This document shows positions 50,970 to 64,000 of a stretch of 64,000 nt of DNA, piece by piece. The notes beneath the pieces are model-generated. The model was not told the DNA's origin, did not search any database, and saw nothing but the letters and a program-made list of their open reading frames with translations. The DNA is from Octopus vulgaris (taxonomy: Eukaryota), in NCBI GenBank assembly GCA_951406725.2, contig OX597820.1:1116001-1180000 (forward strand), given 5' to 3'. The first letter of the stretch is position 1; each line of letters opens with the position of its first letter. A program made the translations under genes and the position numbers.

Positions 50970-51689
50970 ACATATCATGTAACTTCCTAATTCTTTCCAA
51001 ACATCTCCAGTTCCCCCTTACTGTCCATAACTACTTTGCTCTTAAAACTCTTCCTCACTAAAAACAAATTTAACCCTTGGTTTGCTGTTGTGTTAAGATC
51101 ACTTACTTCTTATAATGATGGTGCCAACAATGGACAAACCACCCAACTTATTCCAGGATGAAAATGAATGGGAAACTGTAATAAATTATTATGTCTGTGA
51201 TATTTGTAAAGAAAGAAGCCACTTCTCAACTGCTATTAACGAAGTATCCAGGAAAGTGTCTTTGAAGCACTCAAGGAAAGCTTATTTGAATATTTTCACT
51301 GGAATGCATGTCTGGAAACACACACAAACATCTTAAAATATATTTTGAGTATCTATCTATCTTTCTAGCTAAATAGATAAATAGATGCTCAAAATATATT
51401 TATACTCAATAAAGGTGTCTTGGCTCACGGTTGTGATGTGTATAATAAAGTTATTAGTATTTTATTAATGCATGTTTTTTCAAAGAAATACATTGGAAGT
51501 TTGTTAAGCAGTTTTTTGTCTCCTTTGTTACCTGATCCCATTAATGTACAAAACAATTGTCCTTGTTTTCTATTAATGGTTTAATGGCAATAAAATAGGT
51601 GAGTCCATGACTTTTATAAGACCCATAAGAGTAATGGAATTCATGTGTTCAGGGGTCTTCAAAAATAACTACAAGTCAACAACTTGAAG

Positions 51690-52680
51690 AAAATGCAGAG
51701 AAAAAATTTCTGAAAGCCAACATTCTGAGGAAGAAGGATTTGGTCAGAGACAGGCTTGAAAACAAGAGGCAGAGAGAGACGAGTGTAAGGTACTTGAGTG
51801 AAAGAGGCATGAGACCAGCCAGATTTGAAGAAGGTACTGTAATACCTCTGAGAGAGAGAGAGAGAGAGAGGGAGAGAGTAGAAGATATCAGTGAGTCAAA
51901 GGTTGGGTTGGGTTGCATCGATAACTGACTTCATGCCAAACTGTTGACTGGAACATTTTTTGGGTGTTATCAAGAATGTCTGTGAATGCAACAGCAGATA
52001 CTGTCCCACTCATATTGGAATGATACTCCAATGTGAGCCTCACTCGAACTTTGTAAAGCTTTAATAGTTGTTGAGGGTTGTGAAGAGGAAGACCAGATGA
52101 TCTGATGCAGTTCTGACCATGCTGACGATACATTCATCAAGAAAGAGATTCTCATTAATGGTGAAGCTTAGCATCTGTAACAAAATCCAGGGTTCCTGTT
52201 GAATGTTGTCCATAATTAGATAGGTGGGGGGGGGGGTATGTAACAGGGTGTACTCAATATGTACAATGTTTGTGTCATTATCCTTTTAAAGGAGACAGAG
52301 TTGGCATGGCACCATCGGAAGATCTCTGCTTATAGAATCAGGGCAGGTTTGCAGCATGTGTGTGTGGGGGGATTTGATGTGAAAGGGTAGGGGTGGATGA
52401 AAAGCAGGTATCCATTACAACCTTGCCTGCAGCTGACCATCGGATGTGGTCAGCATTTGTGAGAGGCAATAGTGAATTCATTGGTCAGAGGTGGCTGGCT
52501 CGAGACACACCCCTAATGAATTCTGTACAAGATAGATGGAGAACAACATCATTTACACAGAAAGAAATAGAGTTGGTGGGGACAATAGGTAGATTGCTGA
52601 TGCAGAAGAGGAAGAATGTTGGGGACAAAACTGAATTCTGGGGCTCATCAGAATTGAAAGAATGTTGGTCAGAGAATGAG
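51690..52680 (-). mobile_element. Decayed CR1/L2-like LINE reverse-transcriptase fragment
   Basis: SDEPQNSVLSPTFFLFCISNL resembles GVPQGSVLSPxLFxxxIxDL; further 3' LKLYKVRVRLTLEY...DILDNTQK and KSFFLR. Confidence 0.72.
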
Positions 52681-55600
52681 AGAATGAGAGAGAGAGAGAG
52701 GGGGGGATGAGGGGGAGTTTGCAATTTGTACATTAAGAAAAGTAAAAGGGAGATGAGCTTTTGCTTTGAACCCTGTTTAAACTGGTGGAGTGACAGATGA
52801 TGATGATAAGGTTAATATATTAGTACACTAGAGAATAAACTAATGGTAGGAACACTACTGCCAAATGAAAGACTTACTAATCTTGTGTGTGTTACTAAAC
52901 AGTTAATAATTCACTGTGTTACTAATTAATAATTCATTACTTATGTAAACAGTAATGAATTATTAACTGTTTTCCACACAAAAATATAATTGTGATCTTT
53001 CAGATGCAGACAGAATCGTTAGCTATTTCTGTGCGTCAGAATTAATAACATTTATGGGTTTGTTTTGCATGATTCTTGATGTGAAATCGAGTTGGGTGAA
53101 ACAGATATTGTTATACTTGGGGATGGTCATATTTGGCTAATAAACACATGCACTGTTTATTTAGTCTCCACTTTTTTTCCTCATGAAATGGAAAAGTAAT
53201 GTTTCAAATCAGTTTCAAAATGATTTTACGCTTCTTCGTTTTGGTGGTGAAGTTTTTCATGTTCAAAACGTTTCCATTTGTCCCCAAAACAAGCTTTAGA
53301 GGGTGCACCTGCACTCCTTGCACCCCTTCTTCACAAGCCTTTCGTAGTATTTAGTCCTGCACACCAACATCTGCAGATTGTTTATGACAAGAATTTGGCT
53401 AATTGAGTTGGCCAATCACAAAGCAGTTTACAACATATATATGGTGGTGACTTTCGGAGAAAGGTCAGCTGACAAGGGATCACAAGTTTGTATTGTGTCT
53501 CTTGAAATCCTGTCTCTAAGCACTCAGCAGTGATAACAGTTTTTATTGTAATTTCAAATTCTGGATCAAATTGAGTTGTTTGTCGTTCTTGTGTTTGCTT
53601 AGTAACATTACGTTGCCTGACGTGTTCACCTTTGCCTTCATAGAATGTTATGCAGGAAAGAAAAAGGGGGGAAAAAAGACAATAAGTGCTTTTTCTACAT
53701 AACTACATGATCTAATTAAACACAGAGCAATCACTGCAATTAATTAATCTAACTGAAACTATCTTCTACGTGTAAGAACCCAAACAACAAACAACAAACA
53801 ACATAGCCGTCACTTGCAAGCGAGTATGACTCAGTAACGAACTTATTCTTTGGCTAATTGTTATGGAGGTCTTATGTTGTCATGAGTATTCTCTCAGAAC
53901 AACCAGGATGTGACAAGAGAGAGCTGCTGCTTCAACGCTCATCTGGATCCATAGATTGGAGTAACATGAAATAAAATGAAGTGCCTTTCTCAAGGGCACA
54001 GTGCACAAGAATTGAACTCAAGATCTTATCACTGTGGGCCAAATACTCTGACCACAAAGCTAAGTGCTTTCCTTTTCCTACATGTAACAGTGATGAACAT
54101 GAAACTACTACATTTGATCATTTAATTTTGCAATTATCTGAAGCAAGCAGTTTTATAATTTAAATGAGGATGACAATAATAATAATGATAATAATTATTG
54201 TTATTATTATTATTATTATTATTATGTACATTTATTAAGGCACCAACAAGCAGGGTTAAGGATCTTGCTATGGACAGAAAGCAATATCTGTGAATCAAGA
54301 ATTTAGTACGTTGCTCTGCTTTTAACTATTGTGCCACATAAGGAATAATATGTGGAATTTCCTAACAGACAGTTAGTACAAAGGGGTGTGTTTACTTCTT
54401 CATAATATTTGGCAGGATTAGAAATTTGATTTTAAAATTTAGGAGTAAAGAAATATGCATAGGAAATGCACATGATACACTTATTTGATTTTTGTTGTTG
54501 TTGTTTTCTTATTTTGTAGTTCATAAAATTTCTTGTCTTAGATAATCCTGTATAGCACCATTTCATTCTTTTTAGAAATCATCAGCATGACATAATTAAA
54601 TATTTCATCAAGTGAGACCATTTCTTATAGATGGAAAATAATTAAAGTCTGAAAAAAATTCTTGGAATGGTTTTTTTCTTTTTTCTGTCTTTTTTTTTTG
54701 TTACTCTTCACAGAGTGTTCATTGTTTAGTAATCAAGAGAGAAAATTCTTAGTGTCTATGTTCAGAATAACTGTTTTCTTAGGATTTCTACCTGGCAAAG
54801 GCCTTTAACAATTATGACACTGATCATTATTTCTCCTGTTGATAGAATACCTTATTTTATCAACCCCAGAAGGATAGAGGACAAAGGAGAGGTGGGTAGA
54901 CAGAAATTTTACCTATATGGCATTTGAATTTAGATTGTAAAAGGAGATAATTAAATAGCACAAAGTATTTAATCTGGCTCTCTACTGTTTTTGTAACACC
55001 TTATGATAAATTATAATGATAATAATAGAAATAATAATTGCTTTAAAATTTGACACAAGGCCAGCAATTTTGATGAGAGGAAGTTAGTCAATTACATTAA
55101 CCCCAGTAAATGACTGGTACTTAATTTATTGACTCTGAAAGGATCAAAGGCAAAATCGATTTTGATAGCATTTGAACTCAGAACATAAAATGCTGGAAAG
55201 CATTTTGTCTGGCACAGTAATAATTCTTCCAACTGAAGGCCAGGGGGGGGGGGGAGCTGGCAGAAACGTTAGCATACCAGGTGAAATGCTTTGTGGTATT
55301 TCATCTGTCTTTACATTCTGAGTTCAAATTCCGCTGAAGCTGACTTTGCTTTTCATTCTTTCGGGGTTGATAAATTAAGTACCAGTTGCATACTGGGGTC
55401 GATCTAATTGACTGGTTCCCTCCCACCAAAAATTTCGGGCCTTGTACCAAGAATAGAAAAGAATAATTCTGCCAGCTCTTCACCTTAATAATAATAACAA
55501 TAATAATCCTTTCTATTACAGGCACAAGGCCTCAAATTTGTGGGGTGGGGACTAGCTGATTATATTGACCCCAGTGCTCAACTGGTACTTATTTTATCAA

Positions 55601-56140
55601 TCCTAGAAGGATGAAAGGCAAAGTCGACCTCGGCTGGATTTGAACTTAAAATATAGAGAACCAGAAGAAATGCCATGAAGCATTTTGTCCATTACAGAAA
55701 CAATTCTGCTAGTTTGCTGCCATAACAATAAAAATAATGGTTTAACCATGTAAGGAAAGTAATGGTGCCATGTTAAATTATGGTAAAACATGAATATGTG
55801 AAGAAATCATATAGTCTGGTTTCCTCAAGACTCAAGAATCTAAAAATCCAATAAAAAAAACCTCATGCTAAACATAACAGTTTAATAAGTGAGCATTCCA
55901 GATGTGAATAGAAGACAATGTGTTTATCTGTGGTTAGATGAAGAAATACTGTGCAATAGCAGAATTAAGTAGAAAAAATGAATAAATAAATGAAGGAAAT
56001 AAAGAAAGAGTAAGAAATTGAATGGCAGCGAAATAAATAAATAATTAAATAAAAATATGAAATATAATTAATAATACATAATTTGGATAAAAAAAGAGAA
56101 ATGGATGAAATGTTAATAATAATGAATAATAAAAATGTAG

Positions 56141-56142
<2 letters not shown>

Positions 56143-56202
<60 letters not shown>

Positions 56203-56203
56203 C

Positions 56204-56244
<41 letters not shown>

Positions 56245-56295
56245 AATAATAATAATAATGACTTGAAAAGTAAGAATAATAATAACAATAATAAT
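56143..56295. repeat. (AAT)n microsatellite; (GA)n follows at 56401-56454
   Basis: Seen directly. Confidence 0.95.
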
Positions 56296-56395
56296 ATATA
56301 CGATGAGAATGAAGATGATGAAGACAGAATGACCAGAAGTGGCCAAATTAATGTTGTCCATGCGTCCACTAAATGAAGAGCCTCCAAATCAAGAT

Positions 56396-56458
<63 letters not shown>

Positions 56459-56974
56459 AAATGAGTGAGAGAGAAAGAAGACTAAGAAAAAGTGAATTTT
56501 ATTAGTTCCAAGCAATATTTTGAATGTTGAAATATTTGTAGTCCCACATTTGTAGCCATAAAATACTAGAATGTTGATAATGAAATATTTTTTGGTGATG
56601 GTGATTGGAAAGATGAAATATATGGAATGTGAAACATTCCCCACCTCAATGTTTGCAATTGTTCATTTTAAGTCTGTTTTATTCAATGCCAGCAAATGTT
56701 AAATTGTGAGTTATTTTGAGGCAAGACTTTACAGCTGGATGCACTACCTGTCACCAACCTTTACTTGTTGTCTTCAAGTAAAAGATTTTATTTGTTTTCC
56801 AAAAGATTTTGGAAGCACAGAGCAAGCGCTCATAATGTTAACAACAAATATCAATGCCACCGCTGGTTTGCTCAAGTGGTTACAATATAGAATATGAACA
56901 TTCAGGCACACTTGCAATCAACCAGCCAACACACGCATTACAAATACAGTCTGTAAGCAACACATTATAGAAAC

Positions 56975-57310
56975 CTATTCTCATCGGCCAGACATTGTTA
57001 TTTGGGACAGACAAGAAAAGTTATGTGCCATCATAGTGATAAGGTGTCCTGCTGATGTGAATAGCTGTTTGAAAATTTTATCTTTGAAAATAACTATGGA
57101 CAACTTCTTTGAAATTTTTAGCTTCTATATCCAGATTATAATTTCACATTTATACCAGTAAGAATTGGTGCACTTGGTAAATGCCTAAGTGACAATCTGG
57201 AAAAGCTAGGGTTTTCAGAAAGAGAAATCAATACAACCAACAAACTCATAATTACAAATACAATCTGTCAGCACAAACAGTATAAATATACAAGACTTTT
57301 TTCATGATCA
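56975..57310 (+). mobile_element. Decayed restriction-like-endonuclease (R4/NeSL-type) non-LTR fragment
   Basis: SHRPDIVIWDRQEKLCAIIVIRCPADVNS ... LLYPDYNFTFIPVRIGALG: RPD motif plus the PxxIGALG motif of REL domains. Confidence 0.75.
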
Positions 57311-57858
57311 CAATGTGATATTGGTTTTGTTACCTACATTTCAATGATGGGGCTAAAAGCCAGCTGTAAAACTACACCTCATCTATGGATTTACCTACCC
57401 ATGCTAGCATGGAAAAACAGACATAAAACAAATGAAGAGAAAAACAAACTAATATATATATATTATATATATCCAAAAGTATTTACTCTCTCTCTCTTTC
57501 TCTCCCACATTCATACGGCAAAGTAAAGTGTAGAAAAAGATGATGTCCATTAAAGTTACTTCACTTGGAAGCTAACCTCTCCCTCAATAAAAATTGAAGA
57601 CCTCTTCCAAAATCCTTTGGTAACTTGGGTGAGGCAACTAGACGTTGTGTCAAGCTACCAAAAACCAATGTCATAAATGAGTAGGAAGCATAACGGTAGA
57701 GATGTGTAGATTGCTTGGTGGGGGTGAAGGGGTGGCAGAGACAATAGTTAAGGGCGGGGTATAGAGGAAGTCTTCCACTAACATTAAAAATGGCTTTTTT
57801 TCAGTCAGACTTGCATGGCAAAACCAACAACTATCACCTCAACAAAGCATTATTTCAG

Positions 57859-57897
<39 letters not shown>

Positions 57898-58758
57898 TTA
57901 GAATATTGTTTCAATACTGCTCTATATATCCTCAGACTCACACACATCGAGTTTTACCTCAGTGCAACATCTTTTTTGTAACCAGAGAAACGGACAGCAT
58001 GGCGTGTGTGTAGGTGGGGTGTGATCGCTGAGTTTATTGGTTCATTGGAAGTAAAAAAAAAACAAACTTCTGGACAGAAGCTGAGAGAATCAATGGATAA
58101 GATTCCAAGGAGATGAGATGGTTTAATAAGTGTCTGTGAAATAGCACACATACCTGCTTACACACTCCAACGTACAAACACACATATAAATATATGAACA
58201 CATATTTATAAACACCCACACATATATACGTGTGTGTGTGTAAATATATATATATATACATATATACATATGTATACACACACACACACACACACACACA
58301 TTTCAAAAGTTGACAAGTTCAAAGGAAGCTCTGTCTGGCCACTTTGAATAAAGAGCTCAAAGATAAGTCTGAAAGTGAATAAAATATTTCATCCATAATC
58401 CTTAGTCTGACAAAATATATTTTTTATCACTTAAGACTCTTTGATAACTAAACTCATGGATTATACACACACACACACCTATACATACATATGCACTCTC
58501 AAATACACACATAGACATCATCATAGTTCTCATCATCTCATACGCACAAATACAAATATATTCCATTTAATATTTATTCATATAAAAAATCTCAGCGTTT
58601 ATAATCTACTTCATATTTCTAAGAATGAAATCTGATTCATAAAATTGAGAAAGAATGTCTTGCTGTGATGATATGAAGAGAAATATATGCAAATACACCA
58701 GACAAGCTATTTCGTACTTTAACTTTCAAGATACGGTTTATAAATATATGCATGGACA

Positions 58759-58804
<46 letters not shown>

Positions 58805-61519
58805 GTCAGCTCAATACAAACCTTCCTTTTACTAACAAAGAAACTTCTGGCCCACATTTGTTGAGGGGTCCAGCAAGTATGTGACTATTGTTGATGTTAT
58901 TTGATCCCAGATCAACACTGATTAAGCAAACCCATCAGGAAAGGCATGCAAGCCTTCAACATTCCTCTCCCTGACATCTTTTTTGTAATGCATCCTTCCC
59001 CTTTTTTTTTTTTTTACTTGTTTGACTTGAGTGAGATTTGGCTGCTATTTCTAGCAAGTAGAGCAACCATAGACAGGTGTAGGTTTTATAAGTGTTTGCA
59101 TCCTCGATTTGAAGGAGGAAGGAAAGAAGAAAAGAATTGCATTGATCTTCATTCATGCAGTTAATGTAAGAAGCATTAGTACTGACCATTTCCATCTGCA
59201 TTCTTTTGCCAATTGTAGAAAATTCTAAAACCCACCGGTTTAGATTTAATAAACCAATTTAGGAATATTCTATAGACACTAGATAAAGATGTCTTTTATA
59301 TTTTGTCCAAGTCTGGATTCTAAGTGTAAAATATCTGAGTAAAAAATTGATGTTTCTCATTAGAATTTTTAAAAATTATACTTTATTTTCAAAAGGTACT
59401 TTTACTGTTTTATATATTCATTTCTTAGGGGTTTTTTTCTATATTCAGAGGAATAGAAAATGTTCTTGTTGTTGTTGTTGGATATCCTTCCTATCACTGA
59501 TCAGCCAACAATAAAGCTGAACCCATTTGTCACCCAGACATCTTAGGTTGGTTTATGGAATGGGTCTGCTATAATTAAAACAAGCAGTTATTTATTTTGC
59601 TTAAGGGAGCAATATCAGAGACTATAAAATTATTTGGAAGATACTAAAATACACTAAACCTTATAATAAAGATAACCAAGGCTGTGATCTTTGTATTGCA
59701 GAGCAAAATGGTTATATATAAATTCCAACTTGAATATTCATTCAGAGCTTGTATATTTTTGTCACCATAAATCAAAATATTAGTTAAAGTATTTCAAAAT
59801 GCCAAATGATTGAACACCAGACAGTCTTGAAAATTTCCTTTTGTTAACTTCTATTTCTCATTCAATGTTTTCGTTAACCTAACTCAGAACTTTTTGTTGG
59901 AACAGATAAGACTGCCTTGCATTATGTTTCATATATATCTGTGGTGGTGGATTTCATCTAAGCAGGCAATGAATACATGTAACTGATAATATCTGACAAG
60001 GCAGAAATGTATCTAATTTTCTCATTTGCCATTCCATCTCCCACAGATATATACGTAATGTTTTCAGGCACAGTGTGCCATTACTTTCTCTGGATGAATG
60101 CTGCAGTAAACTTTGCCTATCACAATGTAGCTTTTCTTGCATGTAATGTATATATATATATATTCTAGCCTTACTTATAACTATAAAGCAATCAGATTTC
60201 ATAGGATTATGAAAAGACAAAGAAAGGTAATCTGGTTTTATGTTGTGGGACTGGAAGCTCATTGTTGACTTGGCACAAGTTGTGCAACCCTACTTGAGCT
60301 GACTTAAGATTAAAAGAAATCCAGTTTAATACAGCAGGAGAAATCCATGGTTACCAAGTGTTTGCTTACATTAATCTTCTCTGACTAAATTGGTTTGTTA
60401 TCCGTGACATTCGAACATCAACCCAAATGATTTCCCCACCATCTTAATCATGGTAGAGAAATTTAATATTTAAATTGAACAGATCAAATAATAGTTCTGT
60501 TTTGCATATCAATGAGTAGATCATTTACATTCTCCTTCATTATGAATTTTACATAAAAATCAAACTGGAAAACTATAATGAAGACACACCAAACATCTCC
60601 ATTAACATATTTATAAATACATAAACGTTAACAGGATTTTTTCTACACAGTGTTGCCAACATTGAGGAGAGTACTAAACAGACAGGTGAGTGTGTGTGGA
60701 TGGGTGTAGACAGTTGTTCTCAATTAGGGTCCATATAAGATTTTGCTGTTAAAATTTATGTGCAATAAATTGGATATATTTCTACTTAAAAATATAATAA
60801 GGTTATTTAGACAGGGAATAGCTATGAGGGTCCCTCTGAGTAAAACAAGAACAAAGAGGCTGTAGATAAAAAAAAATGATTGAGAAACGATTGTGTAGCA
60901 TGATGTATCAATAAATTTATATTCTTTGAAGTTTTATAAAAGTATTCATCAATGAATGGTTAATATTATTGGGTTTGAGAGAGATGGGGAGGAAGTGGGG
61001 AGGGATGGTTTGTGGTTCAAGATTTTCTCAACAGTAATTTCAGGGAAGGGAAATAACTTCAGCTAGGAACAGAGAAAAGTCCCTTGACTCAATTTGCTGG
61101 GAGCTGAGCTTTACTCTACAGCATTCACCATAAGAGAGTGAGTGTATGCGTACATGTGTGTATGCATGTGTCTGCATGTGATTGAGTGATAGAGACAGAG
61201 AATATATGTATGTATGTATGTATGTGTTTCTTATACACAAACACAAGGCATCAGTCCTTCCCTGCCACCCGCAAACCTACAAGAGTCATGAAGCAGAGGG
61301 AAAAGATCCAACATCATTCAGTCATGCAGAGAATGAATGGAAATATTTAAATATTTAGAAGAAAAAGAAAAAAAAGGATAGAGAGAGAACAACAACAACA
61401 ACACATGCTGCTTGCTTTTGATGAGAGTAAACAGGAAACAGTGTGACCAGAACAAAATACAGTGAAAACAACATAGTGTCTGCAGCAGCCAGAGGGGCTG
61501 AACAGATAGATGGCAGTAC

Positions 61520-61615
61520 CTTGAGTAGTTTCTTCTTCTCTGGAGACAGGCCACCCAAACCCTTTCTTTTGCCCTTCTTTTTCTTCTCTTCCTCCTCGTG
61601 CCTTCGCCGGGCAGC
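61520..61615 (-). CDS. TnI: Troponin I coding exon; upstream exons lie beyond the window
   Basis: ctgcccag / GTACTG, phase 0/0; AARRRHEEEEKKKKGKRKGLGGLSPEKKKLLK, matching the molluscan troponin I GLGGLSPEKKK motif. Confidence 0.93.
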
Positions 61616-62208
61616 CTGGGCAGAGAGGTTCTTATGTTACACTTAGTAGACAGGTTCACGTTAACAGCGGATCTACTACATTCTGGGTCCCATTAAAGGG
61701 ATGGGGCAAGAGACCAGACTGGGCTGGGCTGGGCTGGGCAAAGCAGAGTAGAGAGGGGGGGAAGAGGCAGTACAGTGGGGCCAGTTACAGAAGATTGATG
61801 ATTGGCAATACAAAAATAAATATAAATAAAAAAAGTCAAAGGGGGACGAATCATTAATATTTCTACAATAAATTATTGAATGGTGTTCAATAGTTTCATG
61901 TATGTTGATCATCAGTTTAAAACCTGATGAGGCCATTTTGTCAGGGAAATAATTTATACAATAATCATATTTGTGTGTGTAGTGTGTGTATGTGTATGTG
62001 TGTGTGTGTGTGTGATTGAGTGATTGATTATGAAAATACTTTGAAAATTATTTACGGCAAAAAAAAAAATAGGTAAATAAAAATAAATTTATCTGGGAAA
62101 AGATCCATATTAATTATACATGTGATTATTATTATTATTATTGAATTTCCCTTTTGTCCTATCCCCAACATTTTCAGCCCTTTTAGCAAATAGAAGATAT
62201 TGTTATTA

Positions 62209-62260
<52 letters not shown>

Positions 62261-62712
62261 GGATGATTATGGAGACATTCCTTCTAAGATGTCAACAGTT
62301 TTCCCCCAGTCACAGAGAAACTGTTGATATGTATCAGCAGCTCACCAATCTCACAAACAGCTGTGGAGAAAAACAGTCACTTAGAATGGTAAATTGGTAA
62401 AAATGGAGAGATTTAAAATATGTTTTGAGTATTTTTTCAATAAAAGTCAGTATTCTGGAAATTCTTCTTTTACTTTATGAAGTAGAAGGAATCACAAAAA
62501 TTGATCTGCTGGGACAAAATGCAGAATGAACAGTGAAACACTTTAATGATGATAATAATAATAATGGTTTCAAATTTTAGCACAAGGCCAGTAACTTAAG
62601 GAGAGGTGGCTATGTCAAACACATCAGTCCCACTGTTCGAATGGCACTTATTTTATTGACCCCTAAAGTCGATCTCAGTGGAATTTGAACTCAGAACATC
62701 AAGCTTGCTACC

Positions 62713-62748
<36 letters not shown>

Positions 62749-63472
62749 ATTATATTAATGAATAATTGTTTGTGGTATTGAATTTTTTCTGTTGGTTTTT
62801 TTATAGATTAATTAATTAATTAATTTTTTTTTTAATTAATTTTTTTTTTAATGTCATAGAATTTAATGTAGGCAATATGCCGTCACACTGGTTCCAGTAA
62901 TTTAGCCAACAATCTGCTACAAAAATCAAACAATAAAAAAAAATATAAAAAGAACTATCTATCATATTACTTGCTATATAGAAAGATTTCACTAAACTGG
63001 GAAAAAGTGGTGGGGAAAAAACATTGGATTAAAAAAATATTTTAAAATAAAAAAATAAATTATATTAAAAAATAATTAAAATTAAAAATGTAATTTCACG
63101 GCATCATTCAAAGGTTATATCATTGAGTCTGTGAGAATTGTTTAGATAACTTCAGCCAAATGTCACATCAGCCATTCCTTCATTTGAAAACCCAGCATGC
63201 AGAGCACAGAATAATACTTTCACACATAGATCTACTGTGCAGCTTCTTAATCGCTTTTAGCTTAGTTTTGGTCCAAACACATTTTGTTTTGTTTTTATTA
63301 TTAGTTTTTTTTTTTACTTTGAACTTTAAAAGTGGAAGAAAGAATCTAAGAATTTATTCAAAAGAGTCATTTATCCAAAAATAGAATTTATTCCAAAAAA
63401 GAGTCATTTATCTAAAATAGGATTTTTATTTTAAAAAAATAATGTCAACATATATCTCAAACAAAATGAATA

Positions 63473-63503
<31 letters not shown>

Positions 63504-63580
63504 ATATATATATACATACACACACATATATATATATATATGCACATATACATATACATACATATGTGTGTGTGTGTGTG

Positions 63581-63617
<37 letters not shown>

Positions 63618-64000
63618 AAAGAGAAAAATAAAGAGCCAAAGGATTTAGCTTGAGGTATTTTGTTTTGTATTTTGTTTAAATATAAGATTTTTTGATATAT
63701 CAGAAATTAGAAGTTAAGAAATCAAGATCAGAATTTTTTTTCCTGCCATTGTTGAAGGAGTGTATGTCATTTCATTTGTTTCCCTTACTTTATGAATTAT
63801 GAAAAATAAGTTTTTTTTAAATACTTCTATATTTACAAATATAATATTTATAATACTAAAAAATATATTTTACACTTCTTTTTTTTTTTTCTCGCTCTAA
63901 ATTTTTAAATGTCAAGTTATTTGATTCCACCATTTCAAAGATTCCATAAAAGAAAACCATTATTGAATTTCAGATTAACAGAAATGTGGAAGGGAATGGA

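Noticed and set aside
57957-58133. Possible extra TnI exon on - (tttcacag ... GAG/gtaaaa)
   Set aside because: The acceptor-frame peptide is not TnI-like and hits a stop at the weak donor; the donor-frame phase-0 reading has an upstream stop and no start codon.
61924-61950. CTGATGA followed by GAAA; also isolated CTGATGA at 3997, 27015, 28214 and 42194
   Set aside because: No convincing stem II plus stem I/III geometry; expected by chance or too decayed to call.

Overview
Eukaryotic, AT-rich, microsatellite- and SINE-dense animal DNA. The troponin I sequence and repeat families suggest a mollusc, probably an octopus-like cephalopod (inference, not searched). Two convergent spliced genes are both truncated by the window edges. 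On + are the last six coding exons of a tetraspanin (2287-10467). On - are seven coding exons of a troponin I (61615-30285). I also see two unannotated-looking, phase-compatible alternative troponin I exons: a mutually exclusive internal exon (49803-49959, with reciprocal Rbfox-type TGCATG sites) and a second terminal exon (29622-29713). The rest is tRNA-derived SINEs, decayed LINE/mariner/Penelope fragments and MITEs, including a 712-bp foldback. The most unusual signal is a recurrent set of minimal hammerhead-ribozyme motifs. Several occur as inverted pairs inside short TSD-flanked elements, one of them with a tRNA-like head, consistent with non-autonomous Penelope-dependent ribozyme retroelements. 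Almost all ORFs in the supplied track are microsatellite or SINE artefacts. Repeat boundaries are approximate and were read by eye.
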